Assembly: GCA_964565945.1 (NCBI GenBank)
Contig: CAZMGY010000034.1
Span: forward strand, 1 to 32,000
Length of the DNA stretch: 32,000 nt
Reading direction: 5' to 3'
Source of the DNA: an uncultured bacterium
GTDB lineage: Bacteria; GCA-001730085
The position numbers and the translations under genes were made by a program. Shown here piece by piece: positions 1-10,439 of the stretch. Under the pieces are notes generated by a model that saw nothing but the letters and a program-made list of their open reading frames with translations, had not been told where the DNA came from and made no database searches. Within the stretch, counting starts at the first letter, position 1; each line of letters opens with the position of its first letter.

Positions 1-514
1 GCCTATTCTCGTGCTTAAAGAGCAGGAGCTTGCTCCTAAAGGGATGGGTTTGAACAACGAACATGTGGTTGATTTACATATTCGTCATGCTTTGAAAAAG
101 AAAAAATACTTGGCTTGGGGAATGTCTCCTTGTTCAACACCTGATGGCAGTAATGGTGGCTATGCGGAGTTTGGTGTATTTTTAGCAGGAAGTAAAGGTT
201 ATCCTGATAAAGGCGTGATTACGCCTCATGCGACATTTTTAGCTTTGGATATTCGTCCTGATGAAGCGGTTCTTAATTTGAAGTCATTGCTCAAAAACTT
301 TTCTGTGTATGGAGAGTATGGTTTTTATGATGCCGTTAATGTGCTTACTGGAGATGTGGCTTATCGTTACATGTCGCTTGATCAAGGTATGTCTTTGGTG
401 GCTATGAATAACTACTTGAATAATGGGATCATCCGGGAACGTTTCCATAATGATCCTTACATTAAAAATGTTGAAGACTTGTTAAGCATGGAGGAGTTTT
501 TTCCAGAATCATGA
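1..514 (+). CDS. 3' end of a glycoside-hydrolase-like protein (tentatively glucoamylase-like/DUF3131-type); 5' end lies outside the window
   Basis: The frame is open from the window edge (frame of nt 2) to TGA at 512-514. It has an ATGA stop/start overlap with the downstream GH35 gene. Family assignment rests only on remembered C-terminal motifs such as YGEYGFYDA. Confidence 0.45.
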   Translation, partial: PILVLKEQELAPKGMGLNNEHVVDLHIRHALKKKKYLAWGMSPCSTPDGSNGGYAEFGVFLAGSKGYPDKGVITPHATFLALDIRPDEAVLNLKSLLKNFSVYGEYGFYDAVNVLTGDVAYRYMSLDQGMSLVAMNNYLNNGIIRERFHNDPYIKNVEDLLSMEEFFPES

Positions 515-2946
515 GCGTTTCATTCAATCAGAAAACATTTACCAAAGATGCTCAGCCATTTTTTTTAAATTCTGGTGAGATTCAGTACTTTCGTATTCCA
601 CGTAAGTATTGGGAAATGCATTTGCAAAAAGCTAAAGATGCAGGATTGAACGCTGTTTGCACGTATATTCCTTGGGATTGGCACGAAGAAGAAGAAGGTC
701 AATTCGATTTTTCTGGTCAAACGCATCCTCAGAAAAATTTAGAGGCGTGGTTGGATTTGTGTCAGCAGTATGGTTTGATGGCAATTGTTAAACCAGGACC
801 AGTGATTTTGGCGGAATATCGTGGTGCTGGGATTCCTTTTTGGTTTATTGATAAGCTGGGACAAGAATGCCGTGTTAAGAATAGTCGGGGCGAAATTGCT
901 CAGTCGGACTGCATGACGTTTATGCATCCAACTTATTTGGGGTACGTTCGCAAATGGTACGATGCCGTGATTCCTGTGTTAGAAAAACGTCAGATGAAGA
1001 ATGATGGGCCTGTGATTATGATGCAGGTTTGTAATGAGGTGGGTGTGTTCACTTGGTTGGCGCATCAGGCCGATTATAGTCCTTACTGTTTGGAGCGTTA
1101 TGCGCAGTTTCTTCAAGACAAATATGATGACATTCAAGCCTTGAATGCTGTGTATGCGACGAGCTATACAAGTTTTGCCGAGGTGCAACCACCATCGGAC
1201 ACAACTACGACGTATGAATCGCGCGAAGAGTGGGCTCATGATATTGATTGGCATCAATTTTGGCGCTGGTATTATGGTGACTATTTGCGTCTTCTCATGT
1301 CGGAGTTGTGTGATCGGGGCATGAGTGTGCCTTTTTACCATAATTTGCCAGGTTGGATTTATGGAAGTGGCTGGGAATTTCCTTTGAATATCACTATGTA
1401 CAGCAATTTGTACGATCAGAGTTATCCCGATATGATCTTTGGAGTGGATCATATCCCTGAATACTTGTCGTATCGCAATGCGCATGATGATCGTGGGATT
1501 AACGACATCACTCTGGCGATGCAGGGAGGCGGACCTTTGTTCGCGGCGGAATTTCAAGCGGGATCACGTGAGTATCATGTGGTGACTACACCGAGAGAAA
1601 TGCAATTGTTCTATAAAGCTAGTTTGGCTCATGGCCTTAAGGGGTGGAACTATTACATGTTTTCTCAGGGGAAAAATCCTCAGGGTAAAGGCTTTTCTGG
1701 GTCTTCGTTTTACTGGTTCACCCCGTTGAATTTTAAGGGCGAAGAGTCGAGTTTGTACCCTGTAATTCAGGAGACCAGTGCTTTGGTTCAAAGCATGGAG
1801 CAAGAAATTATTACTTCGGACAGAAAATCTGAAATTGCAGTTTTGTTTTATGAGCCTTATTACGCAACAGAGTTAGAAAAGCAAGCTAACTTAGCGGCTT
1901 GCGAGATGCATTTGCAACCTTCGCAGCATCGTCGCCGTGCTTATTTCGATGGAGTACTCAAGGCTTTGCATCTGTTGAATATTGAGTACAATGTGGTTGA
2001 TATTCAGCGTTGTTCCGATGAGGATTTGAAGAGGTATAAGCAAGTATGGATGTTTAGCACCGAAATCTGTGATGCCGATAGTCAAAGCAAAGTGGTTTGT
2101 TATATGGAGCAAGGTGGACAAACAGTCATTTATCCCACCGTGCCTTCATTAGGACTCGACATTAAGCCTTGCACAATTTTGCAAGAAGCTTTGAATGTGA
2201 CAGACAATAAGGTGATTGAAGTTGATTCGCCATTGGTGGAACTTTTGGGACGTGTTGATGTGAAATGTTTGAATCCTTTACGTGTGTTTGATACCTCGTT
2301 AGAATCAATCGCCCAAGTGGATGGTCAGTCGGTTGGATTTAAAGCATCTGTTGGGCAAGGACAAGCTGTTGTGCTTGGGTTTTCTTTAAGCTTTGAGACC
2401 GAAGAGCACCGTTGGATATATGAAGACCTTTGTAAATTGTCAGATGCTCGATTGCGTTGGGTGGACACCAGTAGTGAACGCACTTTGGTGCATCAACGTT
2501 TTTCTGAAGACGGCGCTCTTTTGTTTGTGGGGAACTACTACAATGAAGAGGATGTGACATCGGTAACCTACACGCATCCTTTGTCGCAGAAACCTGTTTC
2601 CTGGCCTTTGGCACTGGACAAGGTAACTTTGCCTCAGACCTATGGTGTGGTAACTGCGATTCATCAAAGATTGGCCGAAGATCTCTATATTCTTCATTCG
2701 ACATCGGATCTTTTGGGTGTTGAGCGCAAGGATGATCAACTTGTGTTGATGCTTAAAGGCGATCGCGATCTTAAGGGTGAGATTGTGTTTGAGGGTGTTG
2801 CGGTGGCATCGTTACAAAAGGTTACTTTAGGTCAAAAAGAGGTGGCACTTCAAGAAAAAGATGGCTATTATTACGTGCATTATGATCATCCGCATGGTGA
2901 ATTGCTAAGCCTAACCCTTTCTTTGTCGTTGACATCTAAGGTTTGA
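511..2946 (+). CDS. beta-galactosidase, glycoside hydrolase family 35
   Basis: 811-aa ORF. The N-terminal TIM-barrel strings are typical of GH35: FFLNSGEIQYFRIP, GLNAVCTYIPWDWHE and an acid/base-type QVCNEVG. The long C-terminal beta-domain region fits bacterial GH35 enzymes. Confidence 0.8.
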   Translation: MSVSFNQKTFTKDAQPFFLNSGEIQYFRIPRKYWEMHLQKAKDAGLNAVCTYIPWDWHEEEEGQFDFSGQTHPQKNLEAWLDLCQQYGLMAIVKPGPVILAEYRGAGIPFWFIDKLGQECRVKNSRGEIAQSDCMTFMHPTYLGYVRKWYDAVIPVLEKRQMKNDGPVIMMQVCNEVGVFTWLAHQADYSPYCLERYAQFLQDKYDDIQALNAVYATSYTSFAEVQPPSDTTTTYESREEWAHDIDWHQFWRWYYGDYLRLLMSELCDRGMSVPFYHNLPGWIYGSGWEFPLNITMYSNLYDQSYPDMIFGVDHIPEYLSYRNAHDDRGINDITLAMQGGGPLFAAEFQAGSREYHVVTTPREMQLFYKASLAHGLKGWNYYMFSQGKNPQGKGFSGSSFYWFTPLNFKGEESSLYPVIQETSALVQSMEQEIITSDRKSEIAVLFYEPYYATELEKQANLAACEMHLQPSQHRRRAYFDGVLKALHLLNIEYNVVDIQRCSDEDLKRYKQVWMFSTEICDADSQSKVVCYMEQGGQTVIYPTVPSLGLDIKPCTILQEALNVTDNKVIEVDSPLVELLGRVDVKCLNPLRVFDTSLESIAQVDGQSVGFKASVGQGQAVVLGFSLSFETEEHRWIYEDLCKLSDARLRWVDTSSERTLVHQRFSEDGALLFVGNYYNEEDVTSVTYTHPLSQKPVSWPLALDKVTLPQTYGVVTAIHQRLAEDLYILHSTSDLLGVERKDDQLVLMLKGDRDLKGEIVFEGVAVASLQKVTLGQKEVALQEKDGYYYVHYDHPHGELLSLTLSLSLTSKV

Positions 2947-2950
2947 TGGT

Positions 2951-4126
2951 ATGGCCAAACCTGTTTCGAAACGTCAGACCTCACATGAATCGGTGAAAGT
3001 AACCGTAAAAGATGTGGCCTTTGGTGGTGATGGCGTTGCTGATTTACCTGATGGTAAGATCTGTTTTATTACGGGAGTTCTTTCTGGGGAAGATGTTGAG
3101 GTGGTTTTGGTCGATGAACGTAAAAAATTTAGTTTTGGTCGAGTCAAGCACATTCATCAGCCTTCCGAACATCGAGTGGAACCTTTGTGTGAATTCACGT
3201 ATGACTGTGGCGGTTGTCAGTATTGGCACACTTCGTATGAACATGAGATCGAACTCAAAACCAAACAACTCAAAGATCTTCTTAAACGTTTAGCTGGTGT
3301 TGATCACGAAGTGAATGTGATGGCCAGTGAAACTCACCAACATTATCGTCAGTCGATCACCGTTCACAAAACGCGTTCGGGCAAACTGGGTTTTGTGGCG
3401 CAAGACCAGAAGTCGATTTTGGATATTCCTAACTGTTTGATTGCTCATGATAAGCTAAATGAGATTTTGCAGGATAAACCTGAAGATATTATGCGTTTAG
3501 CTGAAATGGATATTACGTTTAAAACGGATGGGGCAGAATTATCGACCCCACGCAAGCCTTTACGTTTAGCGTATGTTTATCAAGAGTACGAGGTATTTTA
3601 TGATGTGCGCTGTTTTTTTCAATCCAATGCTAATGTTCTAACACAGATGATTGACTTTATACGAAAAAATATTCAGCTTACAGATATTTTATTTGATTTG
3701 TATTGTGGAGTGGGAGTATTTGCGATAACCTTATCTGATTTATTTTCTAAAGTGGTTGGTTTGGAGCATACGCGCCGTTCCGTCCAGTTTGGCCAGTTCA
3801 ATACTCAGAACTTGGAGCACGTGGAGATTCTTAAGGGAAAGGTCGAAGAAAAATTTCCACGAATTTACAAACGTTTTCAAGGGGAAACTAATACCGTTTT
3901 GCTTGATCCTCCGCGCACAGGTCTAGACAGTCGTGTGATAGATGATTTGCGTTGTCGCAAAGCCGTCTCGCAAATTGTTTACTGCTCTTGTGAGCCGAGC
4001 ATTTTGGCGCGTGATCTAAAGCGTCTATTGGCTGGTGGCGTGTTTGAGGTGTCTCATGTGGCTTTAGCCGATATGTTTCCACGCACTAAGCATTTTGAAA
4101 CACTTGTGATTTTGAAACATTCTTAA
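2951..4126 (+). CDS. RumA/RlmD-family rRNA (uracil-5)-methyltransferase (TRAM domain, 4Fe-4S cluster, SAM methyltransferase)
   Basis: N-terminal TRAM-like segment; Cys cluster CEFTYDCGGCQYWH plus a later IPNC; SAM motif DLYCGVGVF; DPPRTG; catalytic-Cys motif YCSCEPS. Confidence 0.8.
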   Translation: MAKPVSKRQTSHESVKVTVKDVAFGGDGVADLPDGKICFITGVLSGEDVEVVLVDERKKFSFGRVKHIHQPSEHRVEPLCEFTYDCGGCQYWHTSYEHEIELKTKQLKDLLKRLAGVDHEVNVMASETHQHYRQSITVHKTRSGKLGFVAQDQKSILDIPNCLIAHDKLNEILQDKPEDIMRLAEMDITFKTDGAELSTPRKPLRLAYVYQEYEVFYDVRCFFQSNANVLTQMIDFIRKNIQLTDILFDLYCGVGVFAITLSDLFSKVVGLEHTRRSVQFGQFNTQNLEHVEILKGKVEEKFPRIYKRFQGETNTVLLDPPRTGLDSRVIDDLRCRKAVSQIVYCSCEPSILARDLKRLLAGGVFEVSHVALADMFPRTKHFETLVILKHS

Positions 4127-4522
4127 GCGAAAATTTCTACGAAGGATGTCCATTGATCGCGGGCTGTTTTAATTTGAATGCTCTTTAATAAATTTCTGTT
4201 TGCATTGTAAGTCCTTGAGCTTGGATTGTCACAGAAATGGGATTCTTCATGGAGGATGAAGGATTAATTTGGTTCAGGCTTGCCATGTGTGTAATGTAGG
4301 AATATTGGACTGAGGGTACTAGGGTCGAAAGGCTTGTTGGGTGACAAAGGCTGCTTATCGACAGACATAAAGACAAAGTTGCACATATGGATAGAGCTAA
4401 TCCTAAGTAGTTGTTTTATTATTTGTCAATAAACATTGGTAAGTTGTTTTTAATTGATATTTTTGAATATTTTTTGTTATTTTTTAAAAATAATGATTTT
4501 TTTACTAACATTGTTATTTTTG

Positions 4523-4551
4523 TTGATTTTCTATTGGAAAAATGCTAGAAT
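4523..4551 (+). promoter_or_regulatory. sigma70-type promoter for ilvB: TTGATT, 17-bp spacer, extended -10 TGcTAGAAT
   Basis: -35 TTGATT at 4523-4528, exact 17-bp spacer, TG at 4543-4544 and TAGAAT at 4546-4551, about 40 nt upstream of the ATG at 4593. The ORF-track start at 4542 lies inside this promoter. Confidence 0.55.
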
Positions 4552-4592
4552 TTGGGGGAATTTTTATCGATTTTAAAATATTGGGTGAAGAA

Positions 4593-6308
4593 ATGGTAAA
4601 AAAAAAGATAAGTGGAGCTGAAGCTCTTATCAAATGTTTAGAAAATCACGGTGTTGAGTATATATTTGGTTACCCTGGTGGGGCGGCAATTCCGATTTTT
4701 GACGCCTTGGTTGATTCGTCCATTAAGTTTATCCTTACACGTCATGAGCAGGGGGCCACACATATGGCGGATGGCTATGCGCGGGCCACAAGGAGGCCTG
4801 GTGTGGTTTTAGTGACTAGTGGTCCTGGAGCGACCAACACCATTACAGGTTTATTGACGGCTTACATGGACTCCGTTCCTATGATTGTGTTGTGTGGTCA
4901 GACTATTTTACCGATGCTAGGGAAAGATGCTTTTCAAGAAGCCGATATTTCGGGCATTTGTATGCCCATTGTTAAGCATAGCTACTTGGTTAAGGACACG
5001 GATGATATTCCACGCATTGTCAAAGAGTCGTTTTATTTGGCAAGTACTGGACGTCCTGGGCCGATTCTTTTAGATTTGCCCAAAGATGTTACCGCGGCTC
5101 CCTGTGAGGCTCCTTTGGATGCCGAAATGGACTTGCCAGGTTATCAGGTGAATTTGGATGGTGACGAAGCGGGTATTGCCAAAATGGCTGAGTTGCTCAA
5201 TCAATCGGAGCGGCCTTTGCTTTTGGCAGGTCACGGAGCTGTGATCTCGCGGGCAGGTGAGGAATTGGTGACTTTGGCTGAAAAGTTGCAAGCGCCCGTG
5301 ACTAATACCTTATTAGGTAAAGGGGCTTTCCCTGAAACTCACGACTTGTCTTTGGGTATGTTGGGGATGCATGGAACGGCTTATGCAAATAAGGCTTTGA
5401 CCCGTTGTGATTTGATTTTTTCGATTGGTTCGCGTTGGGACGATCGAATCAATGGCAATAATGCTAAGTTTTGTTTAGGTGCCAAAAAGTTGCACTTGGA
5501 TATTGATCCAGCTGAAATTAATAAGATTGTTAAACCAGATGTGTCGGTGGTGGGCGATGCAGGTACGGTTCTTAAAAAATTATTGCCTTTAGTCTGCTCT
5601 TTGGACACCAAAGAATGGTTGAAAGAGTTAAATGGGTATAAGAAGAAGTATCCGCTCAAATACAAAAAACATGGGGGTCTTAAGGCTCAGCATGTGATTG
5701 ATGAATGCTATCGAGTGACAAATGGTGATGCGATTGTCACCACTGATGTTGGACAGCATCAAATGTGGGCTGCACAGTTTTTTTTGATTGACAAGTGTGA
5801 CACTTGGATTAGCTCAGGGGGTGCTGGGACTATGGGTTATGGATTTCCTGCTGCCATTGGAGCTCAGTTTGGGAAGCCTGATGAGCGTGTGATTGCGGTG
5901 GTAGGCGATGGTGGTTTTCAGATGACCGAAGCTGAGCTTTCGACAGCTGTGATTCATAAGCTTCCAGTTAAGATTTTGATTATTGATAACAAATACTTGG
6001 GCATGGTACGCCAGTGGCAAGAGTTGTTTTTCGATAACCGTTTATCGGGTGTGGACTTAGAAGGTAATCCTGATTTTGTTAAATTGGCCGATGCTTATGG
6101 AATGAAAGCGTTTCGGATTCGTCGTGGGGCTGATGTGAAAAAAGTTCTCACTCGGGCGATGGAATATAGTGAAGGACCTTGTTTGATTCATGCCGAAGTG
6201 GTTAAAGAAGACAATGTTTTTCCAATGATTCCAGCTGGTGAGCCAGCCTATGAGATGATTGTGGAGCGTCCGAAAGAAAAACTGAAAAAACCGACGGGAT
6301 CAACGTGA
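4593..6308 (+). CDS. ilvB: acetolactate synthase (acetohydroxyacid synthase) large catalytic subunit
   Basis: N-terminus [25 protein letters not shown] and ThDP-binding motif GDGGFQM...NN. Length is about 571 aa from the ATG at 4593. That start is preferred over 4542 because 4542 falls inside the predicted promoter. Confidence 0.9.
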   Translation: MVKKKISGAEALIKCLENHGVEYIFGYPGGAAIPIFDALVDSSIKFILTRHEQGATHMADGYARATRRPGVVLVTSGPGATNTITGLLTAYMDSVPMIVLCGQTILPMLGKDAFQEADISGICMPIVKHSYLVKDTDDIPRIVKESFYLASTGRPGPILLDLPKDVTAAPCEAPLDAEMDLPGYQVNLDGDEAGIAKMAELLNQSERPLLLAGHGAVISRAGEELVTLAEKLQAPVTNTLLGKGAFPETHDLSLGMLGMHGTAYANKALTRCDLIFSIGSRWDDRINGNNAKFCLGAKKLHLDIDPAEINKIVKPDVSVVGDAGTVLKKLLPLVCSLDTKEWLKELNGYKKKYPLKYKKHGGLKAQHVIDECYRVTNGDAIVTTDVGQHQMWAAQFFLIDKCDTWISSGGAGTMGYGFPAAIGAQFGKPDERVIAVVGDGGFQMTEAELSTAVIHKLPVKILIIDNKYLGMVRQWQELFFDNRLSGVDLEGNPDFVKLADAYGMKAFRIRRGADVKKVLTRAMEYSEGPCLIHAEVVKEDNVFPMIPAGEPAYEMIVERPKEKLKKPTGST

Positions 6309-6501
6309 GAGGGACTCTTTTTATTCGCGTTATTGTGAGAAGGAACAGTATGACAACGAAGTAAGCAGTGTTTATTGTGCCGTGGTTATGTCGATTCCGT
6401 GATTGAATCACTGGATGACAAGGTACAATGTAAATTTGAGGAAAAAATAATATAATTAACATAAATTACTAAGACGAATGTAAGCAAAAAAAGGTGAAGA
6501 G

Positions 6502-7002
6502 ATGGAAGCAAATAAACAAACCCATACGATTAGTATTCTAACGGCCAATCAACCGGGTGTTTTGGTGCGGATATCTTTGGTGTTTGCACGACGTGGTTAT
6601 AACATTGATTCCTTAGTGGTTTCGCCAGCTTTGGATGGGCGTTTTTCCCGAATGACAATCACCGCTCAAGGCAATTTGGATACCTTGGAGCAGATTATCA
6701 AGCAACTCGGAAAGTTGGTCGATATTGCGCATGCGGGGGAGCATACACAAGATAATTCGGTAGAACGTGAATTGGCTTTATTTAAAGTTGAGGCTGATGA
6801 TGATAATCGGACCGCTCTTTTGCAGTTGGTGGAACATTTTAAAGGAATGACTTTAGATTTTACGGATCAATCTTTGATTATTCAAATAGCTGGTAACACG
6901 ATGAAAATCAATGCTTTGGAAAATATTTTAACCAAGTACGGCATTATTGAAATGGTGCGAACGGGTAAAGTTTTGATGGCTCGTGGTTTCGAGCAGACCT
7001 AA
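6502..7002 (+). CDS. ilvN: acetolactate synthase small (regulatory, ACT-domain) subunit
   Basis: 166 aa. ACT-domain start HTISILTANQPGVLVRISLVFARRGYNIDSL. AGGTGA ribosome-binding site 6-7 nt upstream of the ATG. Confidence 0.85.
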   Translation: MEANKQTHTISILTANQPGVLVRISLVFARRGYNIDSLVVSPALDGRFSRMTITAQGNLDTLEQIIKQLGKLVDIAHAGEHTQDNSVERELALFKVEADDDNRTALLQLVEHFKGMTLDFTDQSLIIQIAGNTMKINALENILTKYGIIEMVRTGKVLMARGFEQT

Positions 7003-7008
7003 TATGTC

Positions 7009-7031
7009 AAGCCTATTTAAGGGGCTTTTTT
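7009..7031 (+). terminator. weak intrinsic terminator candidate after ilvN
   Basis: AAGCC(T) at 7009-7014 pairs with (G)GGCTT at 7022-7027. The stem is followed by a T-run to 7031 and starts 7 nt after the ilvN stop. The stem is short (5-6 bp). Confidence 0.35.
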
Positions 7032-7197
7032 AACGCGATGGAACTCTATTGCTGTAAACGATCTGGAGAGTTGAATTTCTGGATTACCTGATGTATCCGA
7101 TAGAGTTGTCTATATCGTAAGGGTAACTACGAAGCCTTGCAAGATTTCTTAAAGGCCAATCTGGGTGATGTGGCGATTATATATTCCGTTTAAAGCC

Positions 7198-7226
7198 TAG
7201 CCAAAAAGGCCAAAATACTATATAAT
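7198..7226 (+). promoter_or_regulatory. candidate ilvC promoter (TAGCCA, 17 bp, TATAAT)
   Basis: Perfect TATAAT at 7221-7226 and a weak -35 TAGCCA at 7198-7203 with a 17-bp spacer, about 62 nt upstream of the ilvC ATG. Confidence 0.3.
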
Positions 7227-7276
7227 GGACCGTCCCTATATATTTAGGATATTTTTCAAAAAAAGAACAAAAATAA

Positions 7277-8311
<1,035 letters not shown>

Positions 8312-8539
8312 GAATATTGAGAGGCGTGTGGATCCGCGTCCTTGTTAAATTCTCCGCGGGATGGCGCGAATGTGTCTGAAAAAAAATATGTTTTCAGTAG
8401 CTCGTTATCCTGTGATTTGATCGTGAAATCTATAGCCACGGAATAATGACTGGACCGTGCGGTTGGGTTCTGGGGTGACCGATGAGTAACGTCACTCTAC
8501 AAAGGATTGATTTGATGATAGAAATAAGGTAACAAGACA

Positions 8540-9835
8540 ATGGGTATGACGATTACAGAAAAGATTTTGGCTAAAGCTGCGGGTCGCTTCCAAGTGGAAG
8601 CTGGAGAGAATATTTGGGTTGATGTGGATGTGCTTATGACACACGATATCTGTGGCCCGGGCACGATCTCCATTTTTAAGGATAAGTTTGGTGACGATGC
8701 GAGTGTTTTTCACAAAGATAAAGTCGTGATTATTCCCGATCACTACATTTATACAGAAGATAAGCATGCGCGTCGTAATCTGGATATTTTGCGTGACTTT
8801 GCTAAAGAGCAAGACTTGACCTATTTTTACGATGCGTTTTCGGATAACTATAAAGGTGTTTGTCACGTGGCTTTGGCGCAAGAAGGCCACAACTTGCCTG
8901 GAACGGTTTTGTTTGGAACCGACAGTCATACATGTACCTCAGGTGCTTTCGGTATGTTCGCTTCTGGGATTGGAAATACTGATGCTGCTTTGGTGATGGG
9001 GACTGGGAAGCTTTGGGTTAAGGTGCCCGAAACAATGAAATTTGTTTTTAATGGGCAGTTTCCCAAACACATTATGGCCAAAGATATCATTTTGCAGATC
9101 ATTGGTGATTATGGAGTGGCTGGCGCGACCTATCGTGCGATGGAATTTGTTGGCGATGCCATTAAGGCGCTTTCGATGGAAGAACGGATGACGGTTTGCA
9201 ATATGGCCATTGAAGGTGGTGGGAAAAATGGAATTATCGAAGCTGATGAGGTGACGGCCGCTTATCTTAAAGGTTGCACCGATCAGTCTTACGAAGTCTT
9301 TCGATCGGATGCAGATGCGAAGCACCATACCCTTAAAGGATATGATGCTTCGGTGATGCGTTCGGTAGTGGCTAAACCTCATTCGCCCGATAACAAAGGC
9401 TATGCCGATGAACTTGGTGATGTGGAATTGGATCGTGCCTATATTGGATCTTGCACTGGTGGCAAGATTACCGACTTTAAAGCTGCTGCCGAGGTTTTGA
9501 AGGGCCATAAGGTCAAGATAGATACGTTTATTGTGCCTGCAACACGAGATGTTGATGCCGATTTGGATAAAGAAATGATCGATGGCAAAACCTTGCGTCA
9601 AATTTTTATCGATGCCAGTTGCCAGACCACCGAGCCTTCGTGTGCGGCCTGTTTAGGAGGTCCCAAAGATACGTTTGCTCGTACTCAGGCAACCGAGCGT
9701 GTGATTTCGACCACTAATCGTAACTTCCCTGGCCGAATGGGTAGCAAAAAAGCATCGATTTATTTGGCGTCCCCATACACGGTGGCGGCTTCGGCATTGA
9801 CTGGACGAATTACGGATCCCAAGGAGTATGTCTAA
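8540..9835 (+). CDS. leuC: 3-isopropylmalate dehydratase large subunit (short, LeuC type-2/homoaconitase-like aconitase-family protein)
   Basis: 431 aa. Aconitase-family Fe-S ligand regions DSHT, GSCTGG and SCAACLGG. The stop overlaps the leuD start (TAATG). The start could instead be the ATG at 8546. Confidence 0.85.
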   Translation: MGMTITEKILAKAAGRFQVEAGENIWVDVDVLMTHDICGPGTISIFKDKFGDDASVFHKDKVVIIPDHYIYTEDKHARRNLDILRDFAKEQDLTYFYDAFSDNYKGVCHVALAQEGHNLPGTVLFGTDSHTCTSGAFGMFASGIGNTDAALVMGTGKLWVKVPETMKFVFNGQFPKHIMAKDIILQIIGDYGVAGATYRAMEFVGDAIKALSMEERMTVCNMAIEGGGKNGIIEADEVTAAYLKGCTDQSYEVFRSDADAKHHTLKGYDASVMRSVVAKPHSPDNKGYADELGDVELDRAYIGSCTGGKITDFKAAAEVLKGHKVKIDTFIVPATRDVDADLDKEMIDGKTLRQIFIDASCQTTEPSCAACLGGPKDTFARTQATERVISTTNRNFPGRMGSKKASIYLASPYTVAASALTGRITDPKEYV

Positions 9836-10374
9836 TGGAAGATATTATTAAAGGCAAGGCCTATGTGCTAGGTGATAACATTGACACCGATCAAATTATT
9901 CCTGCAGAGTACTTGGTGTACAGTTTAAAAGATCCCGAAGAATGCAAGCTTTATGGACGTTATGCCCTGTCTGGTTTGCCAGAAGGTCAAACCCCTTTTG
10001 TTGAAGAGGAAGCGTTTACTTCGGACTATCAGATTATTATTGGGGGAGATAACTTTGGTTGTGGGTCCTCTCGTGAACATGCGCCCTTTGCTTTGCGTGA
10101 AGCTGGTGTGAAGGCTGTTATTGCTGAATCGTATGCACGTATTTTTTTTCGTAACTCGGTTGACGGTGGTTTTTATCCTCCTATTGAATCCAAAGAGCGC
10201 TTGGTTGATGTGATTCGTACTGGCGATGAATTAGTGATTGATATCCAAAAAAATACCCTTAAAAATGTGACACAACAAACGTCTTGTGAATTAAAGCCAT
10301 TAGGGGATGTGATGGGTATTCTTAAGGCGGGTGATGTCTTTGCTTATGCTAAACAAGAAGGTTTGATAGACTAA
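9835..10374 (+). CDS. leuD: 3-isopropylmalate dehydratase small subunit
   Basis: 179 aa. Swivel-domain motif GDNFGCGSSREHA. Translationally coupled to leuC. Confidence 0.85.
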   Translation: MEDIIKGKAYVLGDNIDTDQIIPAEYLVYSLKDPEECKLYGRYALSGLPEGQTPFVEEEAFTSDYQIIIGGDNFGCGSSREHAPFALREAGVKAVIAESYARIFFRNSVDGGFYPPIESKERLVDVIRTGDELVIDIQKNTLKNVTQQTSCELKPLGDVMGILKAGDVFAYAKQEGLID

Positions 10375-10439
10375 GCTCAACGGATGTTTTAAAATACTTG
10401 CTGTGAAATAGACGTAATCAAAAAAGGGAATTTTGGATT

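Noticed and set aside
4185-4376. 63-aa minus-strand ORF in the rumA-ilvB intergenic region.
   Set aside because: There is no Shine-Dalgarno sequence upstream of its ATG. The product is Ser/Leu/Thr-rich and low-complexity, with no recognisable motif. It is treated as non-coding.
4598-4606. Homopolymer tracts as possible phase-variation switches: A9 at ilvB codons 2-5, C7/G7 at 24985-24991 in the SRPBCC gene, and T9 at 18354-18362.
   Set aside because: The tracts are short, lie in housekeeping genes or in a terminator region, and encode ordinary Lys/Pro runs. Nothing indicates contingency-locus behaviour.
6350-6364. Mini-ORF ATG ACA ACG AAG TAA (MTTK) with an AGGA ribosome-binding site in the ilvB-ilvN spacer, considered as an attenuation leader peptide.
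   Set aside because: It is only four codons, has no run of regulatory Ile/Val/Leu codons, and has no alternative terminator/antiterminator structures downstream. It is mentioned only as a detail of the spacer.
8361-8420. 19-codon ORF MARMCLKKNMFSVARYPVI in the ilvC-leuC spacer, considered as a leu leader peptide.
   Set aside because: It has no ribosome-binding site and only one Leu codon, so it does not resemble leader-peptide attenuators.
8312-8539. Possible leucine T-box riboswitch upstream of leuC. GGGGTGACCGATG at 8472-8484 loosely resembles the T-box core GGGUGGUACCGCG, and GAGAG sits near the 5' end.
   Set aside because: The UGGN element that pairs with the tRNA acceptor end is missing. 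I saw no convincing specifier loop or AG-bulge/distal-loop motifs, and no terminator hairpin with a U-tract. The resemblance is too weak to call.
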